DNA of 64,000 nt from Fibrobacteria bacterium (GTDB taxonomy: Bacteria; Fibrobacterota; Fibrobacteria; UBA11236), in assembly GCA_043745805.1 (NCBI GenBank), contig JAYTSD010000020.1:64001-128000 (forward strand), in the 5' to 3' direction. Positions 20,063 through 30,225 of this stretch are shown one piece after another. The position numbers and the translations under genes are program-made. The notes beneath the pieces are model-generated. The model searched no databases. It was not told where the DNA came from and saw only the letters and a program-made list of their open reading frames with translations. Position 1 is the stretch's first letter. Each line of letters opens with the position of its first letter.

Positions 20063-23000
20063 ATTAGTTCATTCATAAAAAAACTACTCGTTATTATATC
20101 AGCTTTGCTGATTTTTTGTTTTTGGGCTTGCACCACTACGGACTCGCAAGGCGATCAATATTTAAAATTTAATCTGAGCGCTTCCCTTAAAGATTATAAT
20201 CGTGTTCAAATTCGTTTAGTGAGCACCCTTGATTCGGATGTGGTTTATGATACGGTGTGGAACGATACTTTAAAAGATCCCGTAAACTTTCCACGTTATA
20301 AATTAAAAGCAGCAAAGAACAAAGATTTTGTCATTCAAATTCGTGGTTATAATAAAGACAAGCTCAGTTGGGCAAAAGACATTAAAGTAATCGGAAGTAC
20401 ACCACAAGTACCGGTCACTCTGCAAGCCGATGTGCGACTTTATAATTTGATTTTATCCTCGGGTTCGCTACAACCGGCATTCGATCCTGAAGTTTATGCT
20501 TACACAGTGCAAGTTCCCAATGAAATGATCAGCCTTGCGTTTACATTTTCAGCCGTTGATAGTTCGAACCTTTTATTGTTCGGCCAAATCCCTCTTAGCT
20601 GGAACAATTTATTAACCCAACCATTGCTAATGGGTAGCAATACCTTTCCATTCAATGTGCAAAGCAAAGATGGAAAAATAACTAAAACGTATACAGTAAT
20701 TGTAACCCGTGGGAACCTAGTTACACCAATAGATACTAGTATTAATGTTACTAGTTTAATTGTTAATCCCAAAACCTTGACCTTATACAAAGGCGATCCG
20801 GCAGCTTCTTTAAGCGCTACAGTTTTGCCTATGGGAATAGCCTTAAATTGGACAACTCTAAACGATGTCATCGCTACAGTTGAAGCCAGTGGAAAAGTTA
20901 TCGGTAAAGATTCGGGTTCCACATATATTTTGGTTAAGGCCGGCAAAAAAGTGGATTCTTGTGCGGTAACGATAAAAGTAGATGTGCCCCAAGTAACCGT
21001 GGGGAATAATGTGGCCGTGAAACAAAATACCGAGATTAGTTTCCCTATTTCGATTACTAAACAACATGGTAACTTAGCCGTTTTCAAATATGATTTTGAA
21101 GGAGATGGTTGGGATAATGGCGATTCTTTAATTAATACCAGTAACTATTCGGTTACCCTAAAGCATATCTATGCAACGCTCAAAACTTACACGGCTAAAT
21201 TTTATATTCGTGATGTCCAAGGTAATGTGGTAAATTCACAACGCACCATAACCATTAGCAATGCCGCTAATTTAATGGTGATAACTTGGCCCAGCAAAGA
21301 TACTCTTGTTAACAAAACGCCGATAACTCTTCTTTACACAGTTAACGGAACCACTTTAAGCAAACAATTTGATTTGAAGGAAGGTGCAAATACTCTTTTA
21401 GTTTCGGCAGGTACAGGTGCGGATTCCGCTGCAGCAACTCTTAAGGTAACTTTAGATACACAAGCTCCTGTGATTAAAATCACTTCGCCTAAAGACAGTA
21501 CTTATCTTAATTTAAACACGGCGGACATTACTTGGACAGCAGATGGAGTGGTTCAAACCGTTCAGCTCAAAGCCGACTTAGGGACTACCGATGGAATAAA
21601 AATTATCACGCGTGAACTTACCGATGCAGCGGGTAATGTGGGTAGTACCAGTATTCGTATTTACCGCAAAACTACTTTTCCAGTAGTTGCTATAACCGCA
21701 CCTGCCGATGGGTTTATTACTAATCAAAACAGCATTACGGTGGCTTGGAGTGTGGATGGCATAAATCAGAATACCCAAACTACCGATTCTTTAATAGAAG
21801 GGTTAAACACCGTCACACGTAAGTTTACCGATGCAGCGGGAAATGTGGGAACAAAATTCATTAAGATCACTCGCATAACTACGGGTCCATTAGTTAAGAT
21901 AAATTCACCTTCTGATGGCCTAGTTACCAATCAAGTTACTGTGCCGGTCAATTGGTCGGTGGATGGAGTTAAACAAACCTCCGATACCTCGGTAACCTTA
22001 GTGGATGGCTTAAATATTATTAAACGAAGTGCGACAGATAAGGCCGGAAATAAATCGGTTGATTCGGTAAAGATTATCCTCAATACTAAAGTACCGAATG
22101 TGCAAATCACCTCGCCTGCTCCAGGAGCGATTACTAATCAAACTAGTATTAATGTGACTTGGACTGTAAATGGAGTCGCCCAAACAGCTTCCCTAGAGCC
22201 ACTGCTTGTTGAAGGTGATAATATCATTATCCGTAAATTCAAAGATGCTGCCAGTAATGAAGGCATAGCCTCAATTAAGGTGATACGAGACACTAAGCCA
22301 CCGGCCGTGGTTATTTTAAGTCCGCTAAGTAATGCATTCACGAATGCCTCGAAAATCAAAGTGGTATGGACGGTGGATGGCGAGGTGCAAACCCAAAATG
22401 ATAGCGAAAACATCACTACCGAAGGGTCAATTACCATTAAGCGTCAATTTACGGATGCCGCAAACAATAAAGATTCCGCTTCGGTTACCATAATTCGCGA
22501 TGCCACAAAACCAAATGCGCCGGTGCTTTCCACAGCGAATGCTTTGACCAATGGCGATGCAGTTTGGACTTGGGCAGATGGCGGTGGTGATGCCGGATCC
22601 GGACTTAAACCGGCTACTTATCAATATCAAATAAATGCAGGGACAATAACTGCACTTAGCACAAATTCGCTTACCTTACTCAAGAATAATTTGAGTGATG
22701 GCCCTTATAGTCTTGTGGTACAACAACAAGATTTAGCAGGTAATTGGTCGGCGAATTCAAATGCAGTCATTATTACGGTAGATAAGACTCCTCCAACTCA
22801 ACCTGTAATAAACGCCTCTTCCCCTACAAATGTCCAACCCAAATGGAATTGGAGTTCAGGAGGAAATGGGGGATCAGGAGATTATCGCTATAAGCTTGGC
22901 GACGAAAATTTTTCCACGGGAGCTACTACCGGAAAGGATAGCACCATTACCTTGGTAACCGCTGCGGTAACTGGTACGACTTATATTCTTTATGTGCAAG

Positions 23001-25213
23001 AACGTGATGCGGCAGGTAATTGGTCGAAATCATCGAGCTTGCCCATAGTCTATGACCTTACCAAACCAACCATTGCCATTTTAAGTCCACAAGCTTCAGG
23101 GACTTATATTGATACCACTGATGGAGTAAAATTATCCGGAACAGCCTCCGCCATTTTACCCAATGCAATTGTAAAAGTTACCTATAAAATAGGAATCGGA
23201 GCCAGTACTGATGCCGTTTATACTGCCGGAACATGGAGTATTGCCAATATCCCCTTAATCAATGGCACAAACACCGTAGTTACGGTAACTGCTATTGATA
23301 ATGTCAATAATACAGCCGATGCTGTTTTATCACTATTAATGGATAAAACTATCCCTTCACCTCCAACCATAACCTCAGCCCCTTCGGCAAAAACTAAGGC
23401 CTTATTAGGTAGCTGGATATGGGCAGCAGGAAATGACGGTACCAATGGGAGTGGCTTAAATGGAAACTATCGTTACAATTTAAACGATGGAGCTTGGAAT
23501 CAAACTAATACTGCTTTAATCAATGGTTTAACGCTCATCGAGGGCAACAATGTATTTAGTTTACAAGAACAAGATAATGCCAAAAACTGGTCAAGCTCCA
23601 TAACTAGCCTAGTAAAATTAGATGTCACCGGTCCGGCAATTACTTTTACCAATCCAAGTAGCTCGGGTACAACTATAAGCACCTCTCATATTACCTTAAC
23701 AGGCACGGCTATTGATGTCGGTTGTTCAGTAAATTCCGCCACTGTATCCGGTCAATCACTAGGTAACACAAATCTAACATTTACAGGATCCTCTTGGACA
23801 AGTGCGGATTTAACTTTGGCACAAGGCCCCAATACTTTGACCGTAACGGCCATAGATTCCTTGGGAAATAGTAAAGCTTTGAGTACGGTAATTAATGTGG
23901 CTGTGGCCATTCCGATCGTAACAATCACAAGCCCTGCAAATAATTTCTTAACGAATCAAAGTAATATATCAGTAATTTATAAAGTGAATAATGGGGCTGA
24001 TCAAACTCAAACAGTAGCGCTTAATACTGAAGGTAACAATTCCATTACCATTACTTCTCCCGCTAATGAAGTAGGAGTTAAAGGAAGCACAACATTTAAT
24101 GTTATTAGAGATCAAACCCCTCCCAATCCACCTAGTGACAATGGTACGGTTGCTGTAACTAATGGAAATGCCATTTGGAACTGGGTCTCCACTTCGGATA
24201 ATGGAGGAGGCGGGGGTCTAAAATCGCCTGCAATTTATGAACTAAAAATCGATAATGGGGTACCATTTTCCTCACCCCCAAATACATTTACATTTTTGTT
24301 AAATGCTTCAAAAGAAGGTACTCATACGCTTGCCATTCGAGAACAAGATAAAGCTGGAAATTGGTCTAGTTCAAAATCCATTAATGTAGTAGTTGACATA
24401 ACACCTCCGAATCCAATCGTAATAAGAGGTACGACTCCCACCAATACAAATCCCCGATGGACTTGGAAATCCAATGGCGGCTCTGGAGCATTTCGGGTTA
24501 AAATAAATAGTTCAGATTTTACTTCTGGTACTACAGATGTAAATGCCTTGGAATACACACAAGCATCACCTTTTTCGGACATCCCAAATACGCTTTGGGT
24601 GCAAGAAAAAGATGCGGCAGGTAATTGGTCTACGCCTTCGAGTTACCCAATTACATATGCTATTAATACTCCAATGGTGACTATCCTTTCACCACAAAGT
24701 TCTGGAACCTATGTGGATACTTTGGCAAGCATTGTTTTATCCGGCTCAGCAAATGCGCCATCTGGCATTACACAAATTGGCTATAGTACAGGAGGCCAAC
24801 CTACGATTATATCCTCTGGCGGAAGTTGGACTACAAATCCCTTCTCGCTTAGCGAAGGCTCACCACTCACAGTTCAAGTGATAGCTTGGGCTGGAAATGG
24901 TAATTCAATTGCTAGCTCACTAACTTTATTGCGCGATAACAGTAAACCCAAAGCCCCAACTTTATCCGCGATAACAAGCCCCATCAATGGAATGAGCATG
25001 TGGAGTTGGAGTTCTAATGGCGATGTGGGAGCCGGATTAAAATCACCCGCGACCTATAGATATTTTCTGGATGGTTCCACAACGCCGGTAACTATTGAGG
25101 CCACAAACTTTACTCAATCCTCAGGTACACATACACTCGCGGTACAACAACAGGATTTAGCAGGGAATTGGTCTTTAAGCTCGGCTACGGTGCAGATTGT
25201 GGTTGTTCCTTAA
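20063..25213 (+). CDS. Giant surface lipoprotein with cadherin-like, Ig (Big_2-like), PKD-like and repeated Ig modules; probable ATT start at 20063 (ORF track uses TTG 20105)
   Basis: Lipobox-like FWAC; LQPAFDPEVYAYTV; repeated DAAGN and QxxDxAGNWS modules; paralogue of 25448-30019. Confidence 0.85.
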   Translation: MSSFIKKLLVIISALLIFCFWACTTTDSQGDQYLKFNLSASLKDYNRVQIRLVSTLDSDVVYDTVWNDTLKDPVNFPRYKLKAAKNKDFVIQIRGYNKDKLSWAKDIKVIGSTPQVPVTLQADVRLYNLILSSGSLQPAFDPEVYAYTVQVPNEMISLAFTFSAVDSSNLLLFGQIPLSWNNLLTQPLLMGSNTFPFNVQSKDGKITKTYTVIVTRGNLVTPIDTSINVTSLIVNPKTLTLYKGDPAASLSATVLPMGIALNWTTLNDVIATVEASGKVIGKDSGSTYILVKAGKKVDSCAVTIKVDVPQVTVGNNVAVKQNTEISFPISITKQHGNLAVFKYDFEGDGWDNGDSLINTSNYSVTLKHIYATLKTYTAKFYIRDVQGNVVNSQRTITISNAANLMVITWPSKDTLVNKTPITLLYTVNGTTLSKQFDLKEGANTLLVSAGTGADSAAATLKVTLDTQAPVIKITSPKDSTYLNLNTADITWTADGVVQTVQLKADLGTTDGIKIITRELTDAAGNVGSTSIRIYRKTTFPVVAITAPADGFITNQNSITVAWSVDGINQNTQTTDSLIEGLNTVTRKFTDAAGNVGTKFIKITRITTGPLVKINSPSDGLVTNQVTVPVNWSVDGVKQTSDTSVTLVDGLNIIKRSATDKAGNKSVDSVKIILNTKVPNVQITSPAPGAITNQTSINVTWTVNGVAQTASLEPLLVEGDNIIIRKFKDAASNEGIASIKVIRDTKPPAVVILSPLSNAFTNASKIKVVWTVDGEVQTQNDSENITTEGSITIKRQFTDAANNKDSASVTIIRDATKPNAPVLSTANALTNGDAVWTWADGGGDAGSGLKPATYQYQINAGTITALSTNSLTLLKNNLSDGPYSLVVQQQDLAGNWSANSNAVIITVDKTPPTQPVINASSPTNVQPKWNWSSGGNGGSGDYRYKLGDENFSTGATTGKDSTITLVTAAVTGTTYILYVQERDAAGNWSKSSSLPIVYDLTKPTIAILSPQASGTYIDTTDGVKLSGTASAILPNAIVKVTYKIGIGASTDAVYTAGTWSIANIPLINGTNTVVTVTAIDNVNNTADAVLSLLMDKTIPSPPTITSAPSAKTKALLGSWIWAAGNDGTNGSGLNGNYRYNLNDGAWNQTNTALINGLTLIEGNNVFSLQEQDNAKNWSSSITSLVKLDVTGPAITFTNPSSSGTTISTSHITLTGTAIDVGCSVNSATVSGQSLGNTNLTFTGSSWTSADLTLAQGPNTLTVTAIDSLGNSKALSTVINVAVAIPIVTITSPANNFLTNQSNISVIYKVNNGADQTQTVALNTEGNNSITITSPANEVGVKGSTTFNVIRDQTPPNPPSDNGTVAVTNGNAIWNWVSTSDNGGGGGLKSPAIYELKIDNGVPFSSPPNTFTFLLNASKEGTHTLAIREQDKAGNWSSSKSINVVVDITPPNPIVIRGTTPTNTNPRWTWKSNGGSGAFRVKINSSDFTSGTTDVNALEYTQASPFSDIPNTLWVQEKDAAGNWSTPSSYPITYAINTPMVTILSPQSSGTYVDTLASIVLSGSANAPSGITQIGYSTGGQPTIISSGGSWTTNPFSLSEGSPLTVQVIAWAGNGNSIASSLTLLRDNSKPKAPTLSAITSPINGMSMWSWSSNGDVGAGLKSPATYRYFLDGSTTPVTIEATNFTQSSGTHTLAVQQQDLAGNWSLSSATVQIVVVP

Positions 25214-25288
25214 TCCAAAATTATTGGTTCTGCCCTGCATTGGAAAAAGTAAAGGTGGAAGCTCTTTAGGTTTTTTAATTAAATCGAT

Positions 25289-25312
25289 TTTTTGTGATAA
25301 TCATCACAAAAA
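25289..25312. promoter_or_regulatory. Palindromic CRP-like binding site
   Basis: TTTTTGTGAT-AATC-ATCACAAAAA containing a perfect TGTGA-N6-TCACA. Confidence 0.5.
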
Positions 25313-25447
25313 TGGATGCGAATAGAAATTAATTTTATTAATATGTTTATCGAAATAGTTGCTCGCACAATAAAATTACTTATGGCCAAAGGATTTTTGA
25401 CCCAAATTGGATTTTGAAAACATTATTTTAAGAATAAAATACCGAGG

Positions 25448-28400
25448 ATGAAAATGAAATCATTGAAAAAAATATTGTTCTTTATACCGGCTTTGTTAAT
25501 GCTTTGCTTCTGGGCTTGCACCAGCACGGATTTGCAAGGTGATCAATATTTAAAATTTAATTTAAGTGAATCCCTAAAGAATTATAATAAGGTGCAAATT
25601 CGTTTAGTGAGTGCAAACGATTCCAATGTGGTATATGATACGGTGTGGAATGATACTTTAAAAGATCCCGTAAACTTTCCGCGTTATAAATTAAAAGCAG
25701 CGAAGAACAAAGATTTCTTAATTCAAATTCGTGGCTATAATAAAGATAAACTAAGCTGGGCTAAAGACATTAAAATAATTGGCAGCGCGCCACAAGCGCC
25801 GGTAACGGTTCAATCGGATGTGCGACTTTATCATTTGGATTTGTCAAAAGGCATATTAGAACCCGCTTTAGATCCCGAAGTTTATGCGTATACCGTTAAT
25901 TTGCCGAATGATATTAATAGTTTATCCTTTACGCTTTCGGCCTTAGACACAGCTAACATTTTATTATTTGGACAATTACAAGTGGGTTGGGATAAAGTAC
26001 TAACTCAACCTTTGGTTACGGGTAATAATATATTTGTATTTACGGTACAAAATAAAGATGGAAAAGTTTCTAAGTCCTATACTGTAACGGTTAATCGTGG
26101 AGGCACCGTACCGCTCACTGATACCACTAATGTCACTAGTTTAATTATTAATCCTAAAACTGTAACTCTTTACAAAGGCGATTCGGCTGCCTCTCTAGGC
26201 GCTACTGTTTTGCCGATTGGAACAACTTTACAATGGATAAGTTTAAATGATGCTATTGCTAAAGTCGATGTAGCGGGTAAGGTAACGGGTTTGGTGGCTG
26301 GTAAAACGCAAATTGTGGTAAAGACAGGTAAAAAGGCTGATACTTGTGAAGTAACGGTTATTGTGGATATGCCAACTGTTTCCGTAGGCAATAATATTGC
26401 CGTAAAGCAGAATACTGAAGTTTCATTCCCAATTTCCATTACCCAAAGCCATGGAACTATTGCGGCTTTCAAATATGATTTGGAAGGCGATGGTACTTGG
26501 GATAATAGTGATTCTTTGTCTGGCACTATTCCAGCTTCCTTAGCGCATACTTACTCCACTCTAAAAATCTATACTGCAAATTTTTATGTGCGCGATAGCG
26601 AAGGTAACTTTGTAAATACAACGCGCACCATTACCGTGAGTGACGCGTCATTTTTAATCGCAATAGTATCGCCGAGTAAAGATACCTTAGTGAATAAATC
26701 ACCCATTACTCTTTTGTACACGGTCAATGGAACCACTTTAAGCAAACAATTTGATTTGAAGGAAGGGGGAAATATTCTCCTTGTTTCGGCGGGTACAGGC
26801 GTGGATTCAGCCGCAGCAACTCTTAAAGTAACTTTAGATACACGGGCTCCAGTAGTAAAAATCACTTCGCCTAAGGACAGTACTTATCTCAATTTAAATA
26901 CCGCAGACATTACTTGGACAGTAGATGGAGTGGCTCAAACTGTTCAGCTGAAAGCTGATTTAGGAACTACCGATGGATTAAAGAATATTACACGCGAATT
27001 TACCGATGCCGCAGGTAATGTGGGTAGTAATACTATTCGCATTTATCGAAAAACTACTCTTCCGATGGTTGCCATAACCGCACCTGCTGATGGTTTTACC
27101 ACCAATCAAACAAGCATTAACGTGGCTTGGACTGTAGATGGAGTCATTCAAAGCGCTCAAACAACTGAACCTCTAGTGGAGGGCTTAAATACCATTATTC
27201 GGAAATTTGTAGATGCGGCAGGTAATGAAGGGGCTAAATCCATTAAAGTGACTCGTATTACAACTGGCCCTGTCGTAAAAATTAATTCACCTTCCGATGG
27301 TTTGGTGACTAATCAGACTAGTATTATTGTTGATTGGTCGGTGGATGGCATTAAGCAAAAGGGGGATACCTCGGCGACATTAACTGATGGCATAAATATC
27401 ATTAAACGAAGTGCTACTGACAAAGCCGGTAATAAATCAGTTGATTCTGTTGCGGTTACCCTTAATACTAAAGTACCCAATGTGCAAATCACCTCGCCTA
27501 TTCCTGGAGCGATTACTAATCAAACTAGTATTAATGTAAACTGGACAGTAAATGGTGTGGCTCAACCAGCTTCTTCCGAACCTCTCACCATAGAAGGCGG
27601 CAACACAATCATTCGTAAATTTAAAGATGTAGCAGGTAATGAAGGTATTGCCTCTATTCAAATCACACGAGATACTAAGGCACCAGTAGTGGCTATTTTA
27701 AGTCCGTTAACCAATTCATTAACCAACGCCTCAAAGATTAAAGTGGTATGGACGGTGGATGGTGAGGTACAAGCACAAAATGATAGCGAAAGCATAACTA
27801 CGGATGGACCTATTACTATTAAGCGTCAGTTTACGGATGCCGCAACCAATCAAGGAACGTATTCGGTTACCATCAATCGCGATGCGACAAAACCGAATGC
27901 ACCGATACTTTCAACGGCTATTGCTTTAACGAATGGCGATGCGGTGTGGACTTGGACCGATGGCGGTGGTGATGCCGGTTCTGGACTTAAACCAAATACT
28001 TTTCAATACCAATTAAATGCAGGAACAGTTACCTCTATCAACACAAACTCGCTTATTATACTTAAGAATAATTTGTCCGATAGCACTTATACCCTTGTGG
28101 TGCAGCAACAAGACTTAGCGGGCAATTGGTCAGCTAATTCAAATCCCGTGATTATTACCTCAGATAAAACCCCTCCCAGTCAAACCATAATTGCCGGCAC
28201 TAGGCCTACCAATACTTTTCCCAAATGGACTTGGAGCTCCAATGGTGGTATAAGTGAGTTTCAGTATAAATTGAATAGTTCGGATTTTAGTACCGGCGCT
28301 ACACCTTTAAAAAACATATTTGAGTATGTTCTCCCAGAATTACCGGCTTCAGGGGTAACGAATACACTTTGGGTGCAAGAAAAAGATGCAGCTGGAAATT

Positions 28401-30019
28401 GGTCAAATCCAAATAGCTACGCGATTAAATATGATGTGTCACAACCGACGGTAACCATCGCTTCGCCTAAAAGCGCCGGTACATATATTGATACTTTGCC
28501 AAGTATTATTTTATCGGGATCGGTTAGCGGGCAAAATGCCATTAGCAAAGTTGCCTATTCGATGGGCTCCACACCGATAACCGCAAACTTAGTGGGATCG
28601 AATTGGAGTACTGGTAGCATAGCACTTACAAATGGCGTGCCCGTTACAGTTACAGTAATTGCGACGGATGCGGCAAACAATACGGGTGCCAGTGTATTGA
28701 CTTTATTACGTGATACGTCTAAACCGAATGCCCCAACTTTAACGGCGTTAAAAACCCCCACCAATGGAACAGCTACCTGGAATTGGACTTCTAATGGAGA
28801 TGTTTCAGGTGGTGGTGGATTAAGATCTCCAGCAGTCTATAGATGTTTTCTGGATGGTTCAACAACTCCGCAAACCCCTACAGGTACAAGCTTCACACAA
28901 GCCTCAGGTACGCATACACTTTCTGTGCAAGAACAAGATTTCGCGGGTAATTGGTCGGCAAACTCTGCTTCGGTGCAGATTGTAGTGGATAATACGGCTC
29001 CCCAATTAGCTATCACTGGTCCAGCTGCCGAAGGGCGAGTTACCGCTATTAACCCAACAGTTACGGGTACAGTCTCTGACGCCAACGGAATAAAAAGCCT
29101 TTCATATACCATAGCAGAAGGAAATAAATCAGGAACAATTACTGTGGGTTCAACGTGGACGATTCCAAACACAACGAATTATGGTGAAGGGACAAATACC
29201 TTGACGATTACTGCTATTGACAATGCTAATAATTCAATTTCGCAGCAAATTGTTATTACGAAAAGAAAAGATGTGGTATTTGTTCGTGCAGGAAAAAGTG
29301 GCGATGGGACTTCATGGCAAAATGCTTATGGCAATATCGATATTGCAATGTCTAGTTCAAGGGCTACAGTTTCAGGTGCTCAGGTTTGGGTTTCTGCGGG
29401 AACTTATATTGCTGCACAAACAGTTGTTTTACCAATAAACGGGGCTTTGTTGGGTGGTTTTCCAGCAGGAAATAATGCGACGGATACTGCTGGAAGAGAT
29501 GTAAGTGCTAACAAGACCGTTTTAACTGGAGCAGGGTTACTCACTCCGACGACGGGAAATCTTTCATTTGTCGATGGATTCTTTGTACAAAGTAGTGCTT
29601 TTACCTACAAATACGATACACAAACTGGTAGCTCAAAACTATTGCGTTTTAGTCGCTGTATCTTTGATGCCTTTCGGATGCAGTATCAACCTGTTGGAAT
29701 TATTGGAGCAGATCTAGAATTTATTTCTTGTCAGTTTACAAACTGCTCTAATCCGCTCTACCTTCAAACAACGGGACATATATACATATTAAACTGTATT
29801 TTCACTTTAAATGATAAATCAAGCACTCTGATAACAATTAATTCGAGCACTGAAGTTTTGGTTAAGAATTCACAACTGTTGGACAATATGGGTCAAAACT
29901 TTCAAATGGAGATTTATAATACTCCGACAGCCACAATTGATGGAACTCAGATAGTAGGTGGAAAAAATGCATTAATTGTTGGTGCCGACATATTTATATA
30001 TACGAATTCAACTCCATAA
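25448..30019 (+). CDS. Giant Ig-repeat surface lipoprotein with C-terminal right-handed beta-helix-like domain
   Basis: Signal II MKMKSLKKILFFIPALLMLCFWAC; same modules as upstream paralogue; VFVRAGKSGDGTSWQNAY...VWVSAGTY. Confidence 0.88.
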   Translation: MKMKSLKKILFFIPALLMLCFWACTSTDLQGDQYLKFNLSESLKNYNKVQIRLVSANDSNVVYDTVWNDTLKDPVNFPRYKLKAAKNKDFLIQIRGYNKDKLSWAKDIKIIGSAPQAPVTVQSDVRLYHLDLSKGILEPALDPEVYAYTVNLPNDINSLSFTLSALDTANILLFGQLQVGWDKVLTQPLVTGNNIFVFTVQNKDGKVSKSYTVTVNRGGTVPLTDTTNVTSLIINPKTVTLYKGDSAASLGATVLPIGTTLQWISLNDAIAKVDVAGKVTGLVAGKTQIVVKTGKKADTCEVTVIVDMPTVSVGNNIAVKQNTEVSFPISITQSHGTIAAFKYDLEGDGTWDNSDSLSGTIPASLAHTYSTLKIYTANFYVRDSEGNFVNTTRTITVSDASFLIAIVSPSKDTLVNKSPITLLYTVNGTTLSKQFDLKEGGNILLVSAGTGVDSAAATLKVTLDTRAPVVKITSPKDSTYLNLNTADITWTVDGVAQTVQLKADLGTTDGLKNITREFTDAAGNVGSNTIRIYRKTTLPMVAITAPADGFTTNQTSINVAWTVDGVIQSAQTTEPLVEGLNTIIRKFVDAAGNEGAKSIKVTRITTGPVVKINSPSDGLVTNQTSIIVDWSVDGIKQKGDTSATLTDGINIIKRSATDKAGNKSVDSVAVTLNTKVPNVQITSPIPGAITNQTSINVNWTVNGVAQPASSEPLTIEGGNTIIRKFKDVAGNEGIASIQITRDTKAPVVAILSPLTNSLTNASKIKVVWTVDGEVQAQNDSESITTDGPITIKRQFTDAATNQGTYSVTINRDATKPNAPILSTAIALTNGDAVWTWTDGGGDAGSGLKPNTFQYQLNAGTVTSINTNSLIILKNNLSDSTYTLVVQQQDLAGNWSANSNPVIITSDKTPPSQTIIAGTRPTNTFPKWTWSSNGGISEFQYKLNSSDFSTGATPLKNIFEYVLPELPASGVTNTLWVQEKDAAGNWSNPNSYAIKYDVSQPTVTIASPKSAGTYIDTLPSIILSGSVSGQNAISKVAYSMGSTPITANLVGSNWSTGSIALTNGVPVTVTVIATDAANNTGASVLTLLRDTSKPNAPTLTALKTPTNGTATWNWTSNGDVSGGGGLRSPAVYRCFLDGSTTPQTPTGTSFTQASGTHTLSVQEQDFAGNWSANSASVQIVVDNTAPQLAITGPAAEGRVTAINPTVTGTVSDANGIKSLSYTIAEGNKSGTITVGSTWTIPNTTNYGEGTNTLTITAIDNANNSISQQIVITKRKDVVFVRAGKSGDGTSWQNAYGNIDIAMSSSRATVSGAQVWVSAGTYIAAQTVVLPINGALLGGFPAGNNATDTAGRDVSANKTVLTGAGLLTPTTGNLSFVDGFFVQSSAFTYKYDTQTGSSKLLRFSRCIFDAFRMQYQPVGIIGADLEFISCQFTNCSNPLYLQTTGHIYILNCIFTLNDKSSTLITINSSTEVLVKNSQLLDNMGQNFQMEIYNTPTATIDGTQIVGGKNALIVGADIFIYTNSTP

Positions 30020-30151
30020 ACCAGATTGTATGGAAAAATACCAAAAACTATTGGTTTGGATTACTTAATTTGAAACTACGGAATGGCTAAGGTTGATGAA
30101 ATTCAACTTTGTCCACGACTGCCCACAATAATCTAGAGGGTTCAAAAATTT

Positions 30152-30174
30152 AGCCAACGAAGTTTGGCTTTTTT
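30152..30174 (+). terminator. Possible intrinsic terminator
   Basis: AGCCAA-CGAAGT-TTGGCT followed by T run. Confidence 0.4.
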
Positions 30175-30225
30175 CTCTATATTTATCAAAAATTGCTTGG
30201 AAGTAATTTATTAAGAGGGAGTATT

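Noticed and set aside
21500-29000. Recurring GATGCxGCxGGTAAT-like DNA motifs as a possible CRISPR or DNA repeat array
   Set aside because: They vary at third codon positions, are irregularly spaced and encode DAAGN protein modules; no cas genes
20500-29172. Many antisense ORFs, up to 195 aa, within the giant lipoproteins
   Set aside because: Shadows of Thr/Val-rich coding sequence with no independent features
30093-30106. FNR-like TTGAT-GAAA-TTCAA upstream of the first dehydrogenase
   Set aside because: One mismatch in AT-rich DNA and upstream of a probable terminator; too weak to call
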